Shown one piece after another: positions 51,387-61,478 of a DNA stretch of 64,000 bases. Origin of the DNA: Chiloscyllium plagiosum. Taxonomy: Eukaryota. Position 1 is the stretch's first letter. The number at the start of each line of letters is the position of its first letter. The stretch is from assembly GCF_004010195.1 (NCBI RefSeq), contig NC_057754.1, forward strand, positions 6,184,583 to 6,248,582, in the 5' to 3' direction. The position numbers were made by a program, and so were the translations under genes. A model generated the notes under the pieces. The model did no database searches, was not told the origin of the DNA, and saw only the letters and a list, made by a program, of their open reading frames with translations.

Positions 51387-51825
51387 CTGAACGGCCGTCT
51401 CTCTGGAAGTCGACATGGCACCACTCCCCATCGTTGACCTTTTTGTTGGTGGCGCGGATCTTGATGGCCCCCGAGCCCATGTCCAGGAGCAGGAACAGGA
51501 ACCCGTCCAACAGCTCCATGGCAAAGTAATCCACCTTCTGGAGCCGCTCGGCACGCGTCTCCTTCTGGTGTTGCCTCTTGCCGTGGCTGAACAGGAGCAG
51601 ACCATTGGGTTCCGTGGTACAGAAATCAAAGGAGACCGAGCCCGTCTTCTTGGTATTCCACTTGGGGAGGGCGATGTACGCTTCGGGGGCTTCAAAGGTC
51701 ACTGGGTCCAGGGCAGCCACGTTCTCACATCGGAACACCAGGTCCCCGTGCACCTTCATCTTGGAGTCCCCCTCCTTGGCCAGGCGTGACAGCTCCAGCT
51801 TAAAGTCATTGTTCTTGTAAACCAC
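51387..51825 (-). CDS. NRXN2: Alpha-neurexin internal coding exon (end of LNS2 and most of LNS3 laminin-G domain), 439 bp, best match neurexin-2
   Basis: Translates [48 protein letters not shown]...[10 protein letters not shown]...[17 protein letters not shown](G). Acceptor ctaacctgcctctccattcctttcAG precedes 51825 and donor GTCAGG follows 51387. [28 protein letters not shown] and GEWCH are, from recalled human sequences, NRXN2-type rather than NRXN1/3-type. Confidence 0.93.
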
Positions 51826-51857
51826 CTGAAAGGAATGGAGAGGCAGGTTAGCCCATA

Positions 51858-52650
51858 GTGTAGAGGAAGCTTTACTCTGTATCCAACCCTGTGCTGTCCC
51901 TATCCTGGGGAGTGTTTGATGGGGGACAGTGTAGAGAGAGCTTTACTCTGTATCTAACCCCGTGTTGTCCCTGTCCCTGGGAGTGTTTGATTGGGGACAG
52001 TGTAGAGGGAGCTTTACTCTGTCTCTAACCCCATGCTGTCCTTGTAATGAGGAGTGTTTGATGGGTACAGTGTAGAGGAAGCTTTACTCTGTCTCTAACC
52101 CCATGTTGTCTCTATCGTGAGGAGTGTTTGATGGGTACAGTGTAGAGGGAGCTGTACTCTGTATCTAACCCTGTGCTGTCCGTGTCCCCAGGACAGGGCC
52201 AGCACGGGGTTAGATACAGAGTAAAGCTCCCTCTACACTGTCCCCCCATCAAACACTCCCCAGGACTGGGACAGCACGGGGTTAGATACAGAATAAAGCT
52301 CCCTCTACACTGTCCCCCATCAAACACTCCCCAGGACAGGGACAGCACGGGGTTAGATACAGAGTAAAGATCCCTCTACACTAACCCCATCAAACACTCC
52401 CCAGGACAGGGACAGCACGGGGTTAGATACAGAGTAAAGATCCCTCTACACAGCACGGGGTTAGATACAGAGTAAAGATCCCTCTACACTGTACCCATCA
52501 ATCACTCCCCAGGACAGGGACAGCACGGGGTTAGATACAGAGTAAAGCTCCCTCTACACTGTCTCCCATCAAACACTCGCAGGATAGGGACAGCACGGGG
52601 TTAGATACAGAGTAGAGCTTCCTCTACACTATCCCCATCAAACACTCCCA
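51858..52650. repeat. 70-71 bp satellite in two opposed arrays inside the neurexin intron
   Basis: GTGTAGAGGGAGCTTTACTCTGTATCTAACCCCGTGCTGTCC...GAGTGTTTGATGGGGGACA units start at 51858, 51929, 52000, 52070 and 52140; reverse-complement units run from ~52189 to 52650. Confidence 0.95.
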
Positions 52651-52894
52651 GATTTGCGTTGAAATACAGACTAAAGCTCCCTCGATTCTTTCGGGAAGTC
52701 GAAAACAACTGAGCTGAGGTGCTGAATGGACATCAAGTCGAAGGTGAATTCATGCAACGAAACAGAACTGTGCTGAATCAAAGTAACGCCGTCTGGATCG
52801 CCATTATCCGAAGCACTGAACAGCTGCCCCTGCGGTGGGAGCTGAGCGCCCAGGGTCAACAGGAGGTTGCACGTGACGTCTCTGTGATACTCAC

Positions 52895-53056
52895 GTCCTT
52901 CAGGCACCCCATGAAGTTGTTGCTGACGGGTGAACCAGGCAGGTCTGCTGTACTCGGGCTCCCCCCGATGTAGAAGAAGTCATCGGAACCCAACATGGTG
53001 TAGTCCTCCTGCGTGTAACCTGTGGTCGTCAAGATCCCATCCACTGAGATGGTCAC
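52895..53056 (-). CDS. NRXN2: Alpha-neurexin coding exon immediately after splice site 2 (LNS2), 162 bp / 54 aa
   Basis: Translates [54 protein letters not shown]. Acceptor ...cacctgggcAG, donor GTGAGT, phase 0; splices in frame onto the 51825 exon (CLKD|VVYKNN). Confidence 0.95.
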
Positions 53057-54271
53057 CTGCCCAGGTGGGCCGTGGGAGAGGTGGGGTGAGGGGTGTTGGA
53101 AGAAGGGAGGGGGAACGAAACGAAGGAAGAAAAGATGGGAATACAATCCGTTACCGATGGCCTCAGTTACGTCGACAGGTCTGCCTGACAAGGGTGTGGG
53201 TTGGGTGGGGGAAGGGGGGCATTATTGCTGAGGGAAGGGGTTGGGGAGAGGGCTGATGTTTTCCATTTTCATGTCTGATTTACACCCCTCGGTGAGGGGG
53301 ACATTAATGTTTCACCTTGTTTGGAGGGGGGTGGGCATCAACAGAGGAGAGGGAAAGGCGGGAACTGATGGTTTGAAGTCCTTTGGCTATCCCCCACAAT
53401 GTCGGCCATTTTGTTCTCCCAGATGTTTGGGGCGAAACTGGTCAGCTAGGAGGGCCGAGACTCAACAGCCCAGAGGCTGCTGGGACAACCGGCCTATCAA
53501 CCCCCTTCAACATCTTCGACTCCTTCCCTTCCTCGGCAGCAAGGCTGGCTTCATAGTCTGACTGACTGACCTCCTCACGCTACAAGTCACACTAAAAACA
53601 ACACCGACATTTGAGTACCCCGCCCCAAACCATGCCTCACCCTGGTTGCGAAGGGTATTGCGGCTCTGGCCGATCCCGACTGGTTCCCCCTCGCCCTCAG
53701 AACTGGTCAGACTTTGAACACGGTGTGAACCCACTCTGCTTTCTCTCAACCTTCGCCATGCAAGTTGGGGGGGGCGACGTGGAGCAGGTGGTGGAGTAAC
53801 TGAGCTATAGCAGCTCTGACACCGACCCCAACCCCCACAAAGTAATGCCCCAGGAGGACGCAGGTTCAAATCCCACCGTGGCCACGCCTTGGTGTCAGCG
53901 GTAGGCCATTACCGGTTGGTTGCCAAAACCGTGGCTTTTAAGTGAAGGGACCCGGCCGTCCCTCCCTGGTCTGGAGTCCATGTGACTCCAAACCCAGTGC
54001 AACGCGGCCACCACCACTCCCCCCACCTTCTGAGATGGCACAGGCAAGCCCCTCGGGTTCAAGGGACCGGGGCGAACAGACATTGGCTCAGCTGGCGTTG
54101 CCCAGATGTGGCTGGAGCATTGTAAGAGAAAGAACAGATTTTTGCATCACCTCAGAGCGCGTGGCCTGTCCTCATCTGCGTGCCACTCTCCATGATCCTG
54201 CCCCGCACCCCCCACCTCCCTCAATATAACTCCGCAGGTCTCCCCCACCGGTCTAAGACTCCTCCCCGCTG

Positions 54272-54646
54272 CAATGGCTCAGTGGTTAGTCCCGCTGCCT
54301 CACAGCGCCAGGGACCCAAGTTCGATCTCTCCCTCGGGTGACTGTCTGTGTGGAGTTTGCTCCGGTTTCCTCCCACAGTCCAAAAATGTGCAGGTTAGGG
54401 TGGATTGGCTGTGCTAAATTATCCCAAAGTGTCCAGGGATGTGCAGGTTAGGGTGAATTGGCCATGCTAAATTATCCCATAGTGTCCAGGGATGTGCAGG
54501 TTAGGGTGGATTGGCCGTGCTAATGCCCATCGTGTTAGTGCATTAGTCAGGGGTAAATATCGGTGAGGGGAATGGGTCTGGGTGGGTTACTCTTCAGAGG
54601 GTCAGTGTGGACCTGAAGGGCCTGTTTCCACACTGCAGGGATTCTG
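54272..54646 (+). mobile_element. HE1-type SINE with three internal ~53-bp repeats
   Basis: TGGCTCAGTGGTTAG...AGTTCGATC; repeated ATGTGCAGGTTAGGGTGrATTGGC. Confidence 0.8.
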
Positions 54647-55944
54647 TGGATTCACCACCACCTGCTCAGAGAGCCAAAACGTTGTCCCTTACTGCCTCAC
54701 CCCATCCCCATCATCAGCCACTGTCCATGGGTGTCCCTCCAGAGGGTGGACCTCCCAGCAGCTGGGCACTATTGAGTGACGAGGCCTACCCTGGAGTTGT
54801 GTGGAGGTGTGCTTTTTGAGCAAGTTGGCGACGTGAACCAGAGAACCGTGCCAAACAAATGCATCCACAATATCGTGGTGTCACCCATCACAGTTCCTGT
54901 GTTTCAGTTGTTGGCAAGGTCCAGGGTTCTGGGTGGCACCTGTCTTGAGGGCAAGGGCTGGGAAGAGGTGCAGCGATGACCTCACCCGTGTTTCGGATCT
55001 CCCAGGTACACGCTCCTCTGTTCAAATCCCACCCCAGAAACCAACAGCCTGGTCAAGTTCATCATGGGACATAATACCATTGGACTTATTAATGGTGGAC
55101 CCAACACTGTCAAGAGACCCATTGGGTTCATGTGGGTTGTTCTGGGTTGAAGGAGGGGAGCTCATTTTACCCAACCCAGGCCCACACGTGACTCCAAGCC
55201 CCTACAGCCATCAGGTCCGCTCTCAAGCACCCCATACCCCACCAAGATGGTGTTCCAAGGTGAGACTCGATCAAGAAAGGATTCTGCCTGGGGGAGTGGT
55301 GCAGAGGGTCACCTCAAGATGGACTGGGGCTCAGACGCTGGGCAGAAGGTGATGGGGTGAGGGTAGGGGGTTGGAGACTGGCCTCCTCCGATGGGGGTAA
55401 GGATCGGGTAGCATGCAGGGAAGCAGGTCAGCGTTGGGCAACTGCTCAGGGAGCAGTGGGTAAGACTGAAGGCTGAATAGGCTGGGGCTGTTTTCTCTGG
55501 AGTGTCGGAGGTTGAAGAGGTGACCTTATAGAGGTTTATAAAACTGTGAGGTGCATGGATAGGATGAATAGATAAGGTGTTTCCCCTGGGGTGAGGGAAC
55601 CCAGAATGATAGAGGTTATGGAGAGGGAGAAACACTTAAAAGAGACCGAAGGGCAACCTTTTCAAGCAGAGGGTGGTGCGTGTATGGAATGAGCTGCCAG
55701 AGTAAGTGGTGGAGGCTGGTATAATGACAGCATTGAAAAGGCATCTGAATGGGGATGTGTATAGGCAAAGCTTAGAGGGATATGGGCCAAGTGCTGACAA
55801 ATGGGATGAGATTGAGTTGGGATATCTGGTCGATGTGGACGAGTTCGACCGAAGGGTCTGCTTCTGGTGTACATCTCTATGCCCCCACCCTATGAAGACA
55901 GAGGCAGTGATTGGATGGTAGGAGTGTACTGCTGGGGGTTGGTG

Positions 55945-58900
55945 GGTGAATGTCAAGAGGGTGATGGTTAGATTCAATGATGGTAACACCATTGAATGTC
56001 AAGGGGGTGATGGTTAGATTTAGTGCTGGTAACACCATAGAATGTCAAGGGGGTGATGGTTAGATTCAGTGATGGTAACACCATTGAATGTTCGGGGGAG
56101 TGGTTAGATTAAGTGATGGTAACACCATTGAATGTTCAGGGGGAGATGGTTAGATTGAGTGGTGGTAACACCATTGGATTTTAAGGGGCGATGGTTAGAT
56201 CCAGTGATGGAAACACCATTGAATGTCAAAGGATGGTGGATAGGTGCAGTGCTGGTAACACGATAGAATGTCATGGGGGTGATGGTTAGATTCAGTGATG
56301 GTAACACCATAGAGTGTCAAGGGGGTGATGGTTAGATTCAGTGATGGTAACACCATAGAATGTCAAGGAGGTGATGGTTAGATTCAGTGCTGGTAACACC
56401 AGAAAATGTCAAGGGGGTGATGGTTAGATTCAGTGATGGTAGCACTATTAAATGTCAAGGGGGTGATGGTTAGATTTAGTGATGGTAACACCATAGAATG
56501 TCAAGGGGGTGATGGTTAGATTCAGTGATGGTAACACCATTGAATGTTCAGGGGGAGATGGTTAGATTTAGTGACAGTAACGCCATTGGATGTCAAGGGG
56601 GAAATGGTTCGATTGAGTGATGGTAACGCCATTGGATGTTAAGGGGCAATTGTTAGATTCAGTGATGGGAACACCATTGAATGTCAAAGGGCAGTGGATA
56701 GATTCAGTGATGGTAACACCATTAAATGTCAAGGTGATGATGGTTTGATTCAGTGATGGAAACACCATTGAATATAAAGGGGCGATGGTTAGATTCAGTG
56801 ATGGTAACACCATTGAATGCCAAGGGGCGATGGTTAGGTTCAGTGGTGGTAACACCATTGAATGTCAAGAGGGAGATGGTTAGATTCAGTGATGGTAACA
56901 CCATTGAATGTCAAGGGGCGATGGTTAGATTCAGTGGTGGTAACACCATTGAATGTCAAGGTGATGATGGTTTGATTCAGTGATGGGAACACCATTGAAT
57001 ATAAAGGGGCGATGGTTAGATTCAGTGATGGGAACACCATTGAATGTCAAGGGGTGGTGGATAGATTCAATGATGGTAACACCATTGAATGTCAAGGGGC
57101 GATGGTCAGATTCAGTGGTGGTAACACCATTGAATGTCACGGGGGAGATGGTTAGATTCAGTGATGGTTACGCCATTGAATGTCAAGGTGATGATGGTTT
57201 GATTCAGTGATGGTAACACCATTGAATGTCAAGGGGCAATGGTTAGATTCAGTGGTGGTAACACTATTGAATGTCATGGGGGAGATGGTTAGATTCAGTG
57301 ATGGTAACGCCATTGAATATCAAGGTGATGATGGTTTGATTCAGTGATGGTAGCACCATTGAATGTCAAGGGGGAGATAGTTAGATTCAGTGATGGTAAC
57401 ACCAAAGAACGTCAAGGGGGTGATGGTTAGATTCAGTGATGGTAACACCATTGAATGCCAAAGGGGTGATGGTTAGATTCAGTGATGGTAACACCATTGA
57501 ATGCCAAGGTGATGATGGTTTGATTCAGTGATGGTAACGCCATTGAATGTCAAGCTGATGATGGTTTGATTCAGTGATGGTAACACCATTGAATGTCAAG
57601 GGGGAGATAGTTTCAGTGATGATAACACCATTGAATATCAAGGGGGAAATGGTTAGATTCAGTGATGGTAACACCATTGAATGTCAAGGAGCGGTGGTTA
57701 GATTCAGTGATGGTAACTCCATTGAATGTCAAGGGGGTGATGGTTAGATTCAGTGATGGTAACACCATAGAATGTCAAGGGAGTGATGGTTAGATTCAGT
57801 GATGGTAACACCATTGAATGCCAAAGGGGCGATGGTTAGATTCAGTGATGGTAACACCATTGAATGTTCAGGGGGAGATGGTTAGATTTTATGACAGAAA
57901 TGCCATGGGATGTCAAGGGGGAGATGGTTCAATTGAGTGATGGTAACACCATTGGATGTTAAGGGGCGATGGTTAGATTCAGTGATGGGAACACCATTGA
58001 ATGTCAAAGGGCGGTGGATAGATTCAGTGATGGTAACACCATTGAATGTCAAGGTGATGATGGTTTGATTCAGTGATGGGAACACCATTGAATATAAAAG
58101 GGCGATGGTTAGATTCAATGATGGTAACACCACTGAATGTCAACGGGCGGTGGTTCAAATCAGTGATGGTAACTCCATTGAATGTTCTGGGGTGTTGGTT
58201 AGATTCAGTGATGGTAACACCATTGAATATCAAGGGGGTGATGGTTAGATTCAGTGCTGGTAACACCATTGAATGTCAAGGAGCGGTGGATAGATACAGT
58301 GATGGTAACACCATTTAATGTCAGTGGGCGATGGTTAGATTCAGTGGTGGTAACACCATTGTATGTCAAGGGGCGGTGGTTAGATTCAGTGATGGTAACT
58401 CCATTGAATGTTCTGTGGTATTGGTTTGATTCAGTGATGGTAACTCCATTGAATGACAAGGGGGTGATGGTTAGATTCAGTGATGGTAACACAATTGAAT
58501 GCCAAGGGGGTGATGGTTAGATTCAGTGACGGTAACACCATTGAATGTCAAGGGGTGGTGGATAGATTCAGTGATGGTAACACCATTGAATGTCAAGGGG
58601 CGATGGTTAGATTCAATAATGGTAACACCATTGAATGTCACGGGGGAGATGGTTAGATTCAGTGATGGTAACACCATTGAATGCCAAGGGGGTGATGGTT
58701 AGATTCAGTGATGGTAACATCACTGAATGTCAAAGGGCGGTGGATAGATTCAGTGATGGTAACTCCATTGAATGTCAAGGGGTGGTGGATAGATTCAGTG
58801 ATGGTAACTCCATAGGTAGTCAAGGGGCGATGTTTAGATTCAGTGGTGGTAACACCATTGAATGTCAAGGGGGAGATGGTTAGATTCAGTGATGGCAACA

Positions 58901-59145
58901 CCATTGAATATCAAGGGGGAGGTGGTTAGATTCAGTGATTGTAACACCATTGAATGTCAAGGGGCGGTGGTTAGATTCAGTGATGGTAACTCCATTGAAT
59001 GTTCTGGGGTGTTGGTTAGATTCAGTGATGGTAACACCATTGAATGACAAGGGGGTGTTGGTTAGATTTAGTGATGATAACACCATTGAATGTCAAGGGG
59101 GTGATGGTTAGATTTAGTGATGATAACACCATTGAATATCAAAAG
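55945..59145. repeat. 45/46-bp minisatellite, about 70 copies
   Basis: Consensus GATGGTTAGATTCAGTGATGGTAACACCATTGAATGTCAAGGGG(G)T/C. Confidence 0.97.
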
Positions 59146-60399
59146 GGCAGTTGTTTGATGGGGCAATGGTAATTTGTGAATATTCATGATTGGTGGAACG
59201 TGAGCAGAAATGAAGCTCTGATTGGAAAAGTATGTACCCGTGTCTGTGAAACCAGCTCTTAACCACCCTCTGGCATTTACCACTTGGGAGGGTAACATTT
59301 TTATCCTTTCACCACCGGCTGGGACCAGCATTACGTTCTCCGTCCCTAATTGCCTCAGGAAAGCAGCACCCAGCCTGTTTCTGGAGCTGATAGCAGCCTG
59401 TGGGGTTAATGTGTCTTCTTGTTATTCCCCAATTTGGAACTTTGACAATGATGGAACGTTTGGCAAGTTGGAATGGGCCAATCCGCTGGCAGTGTCGTGC
59501 AGTCGGTCACCTTGTTTGGTGTTGGGGGAGTAGGGCAGGGAGGTGGGTTTGGATAAGAGGGGTGAGTTGTGTGGAGGTGTGCTTGGTTTGGAGGGATGGG
59601 TGGGAAACCAGCACGCATAAGCAGTAGTTCTTGGCTCATGGCCATTGGCAGGATTGGATGGAGCACCTGGTCAGCGGAGAGACGATACGTCTACCTTGGC
59701 ACCCCATGACACTCCTGGCCTTGCCCGAACAGGAATCTCAAAAGGAGGGTACTTTTGGATAGGACCTATGCCCCGTTTAGCTCGATGGTACAAGGGAATG
59801 AAAAAGGCGACAAGAAGACATTGGGCTTGGTGTAACCCCGTGACGTTCAAAGGAAGGAAAGCTACTGTTCTGACCCCTTTCCAATCACCGTGCAACCGTG
59901 AGAATTAATCGAGGTCCAATTCTGAAATGTCCAATCAGAACGCGGGCATTGAGGGTCAACAGTAGAGTGGCGCTGCAGTTAAACCTCTCTCTGACCCTGC
60001 GACCTGGGACTTGTCTCGTTTTCACCCCCTCACTGCTGGGTGAGCCAAGCGCTGACTTCTCAAGACGTTGGCGTCTTTCGACGTCTGGTTCCCCTGACAC
60101 CAACTGCCTCAGGTGCCTCAGCTCACCGAGAGGCAAGGTTAACCTTGTCGTATTTGACGGGGAGGTATAAACGACTGTGGGCTGAGCTTAATCAGAGGGT
60201 CATCAGCCATGGGGGCTAGGTTGTGAAGGGCAGAGGTGATGATGGGGGGAACTGTTAAGGTGACCTTGCCTGGAATCGAACCTGGTTAGGGACGAAACAA
60301 AACCCGCAGATGGTCGAATCCAAGGTGGACATGCAGGAAGAGTGTTAGAAGGTGGAGATGTCAATTTATTGCGTGTAACCCCTCCTCAGGTTGGACATC

Positions 60400-60577
60400 T
60401 GGGATGCTTGGGAGTGGAATGCCTCTGAATCTGGGCAAAGGCGGGGGAAATTGGGAGAATGGTGATGGGAGTTTTGCAGGATACTGGGTGGGAGGAGGTG
60501 TGGTCCAGGTAGCTGTGCGAGTTTGTGGGCTCACGGTAAATGTCCGCCTGGAGATGGAAATGGAGAGCTCAAGAACT
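60400..60577 (-). mobile_element. Penelope-like RT C-terminal fragment adjacent to the hammerhead repeat
   Basis: Minus strand reads approximately FLELSISISRRT...KPTNSHSYLDHTSSHPVSCKTPI...RGIPLPS, typical of the Penelope RT thumb region. Confidence 0.6.
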
Positions 60578-60584
60578 GGGAGTG

Positions 60585-60614
60585 CTGAAGAAGGGTCACA
60601 CCCGAAACGTCACC
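60585..60614 (+). ncRNA. Minimal hammerhead ribozyme motif in a Penelope-type terminal repeat (best-preserved copy)
   Basis: CTGAAGA-A-GGGT(CAC)ACCC-GAAA-CGTC-ACC: conserved core boxes, 4-bp stem II, palindromic ACGT helix III, GUC triplet. Stem I pairing is weak in this copy. Confidence 0.6.
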
Positions 60615-61351
60615 TTCTCCACCTCCTGATGCTGCCTCGCCTGCTGTGTTCTTCCGGCCTCCTGCCTGTCCACACCTTGGAATCGAACCTGGGCTGTTGG
60701 CATTGCTCCCTATCGCCGACCAGTCCTTCCCCATGACCACACCAACCAACCTGCCTAGCCAGTGCCCTCCAAAGGCAAGGGAATACATCTCACCCGCCTC
60801 TGAGGACGCAAGGCGGGGATGTGTGGGGTGTGGAACGGCCGTTCTACCCATTCTACCCATCGTCCTTCAGCCCGTCCCACCCACTCCACATCCTTCCCAC
60901 CTCCTGTCCCTGGGTAACTCGCGAACCCTCTCTCTCTCTCTCTCTCTTCTCCTAACACTGCTGTACCATTCCCAAAGGCAACCCTTCCCGTTTACTCATT
61001 CCCGGATAATGGGGGTCCCGGCATCACGTTAAGACGGGACGCCGCAAAAGGATTCCTGCTCCCAGAGAGACTCAACCTCCACCCTTCTCCTGCATTTCTA
61101 AGACCACCCCGCTTTCTCAACCTTTGACCCACCCCCACCAATTCCTCCAAAGCCAACTTGCTTCAAACCATCAGATCCATCCTCCTTCTCACCAACCTGA
61201 TCGGTCAAGAATAATTCCGCGGATTCAAACAAGAACCAGTGCTGCATGATGGGATGGTCATCCCACGGGGAGCCTTTATTGAGCCCGAGTAATCCTGACT
61301 GCCAACTGTCCAATATCTCGGGGTCAGGTGCAATGATCCCCAGTACGCCCG

Positions 61352-61478
61352 AGCCTGAATATCAGGTTCCCAGCAGAAGTTGACATGATGCACCCTAGCC
61401 TGAACATCAGATTCCCAGCAGACGTGACATAGCACACCCTAGTCTGAACATCAGATTCCCAGCAGAAGTTGACATGAC
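61352..61478. repeat. Three copies of a ~45-bp tandem repeat
   Basis: GCCTGAACATCAGATTCCCAGCAGAAGTTGACATG...CACCCTA x3. Confidence 0.8.

Noticed and set aside
51250..51825. 191-aa ORF as a standalone single-exon gene
   Set aside because: Neurexin similarity ends at the GT donor at 51386 and the remainder is intronic low-complexity sequence. ORF 52856-53191 likewise includes intron on both sides.
53140..53191. Possible neurexin SS2 micro-exon
   Set aside because: Does not encode the expected HxGIGHAM(VNKLH) insert.
55945..59145. CRISPR-like array or repetitive protein gene (NGVTITESNH ORFs)
   Set aside because: Units abut with no unique spacers, there are no cas genes, and the context is vertebrate. 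Frames shift whenever a 46-bp unit occurs, so it is a minisatellite.
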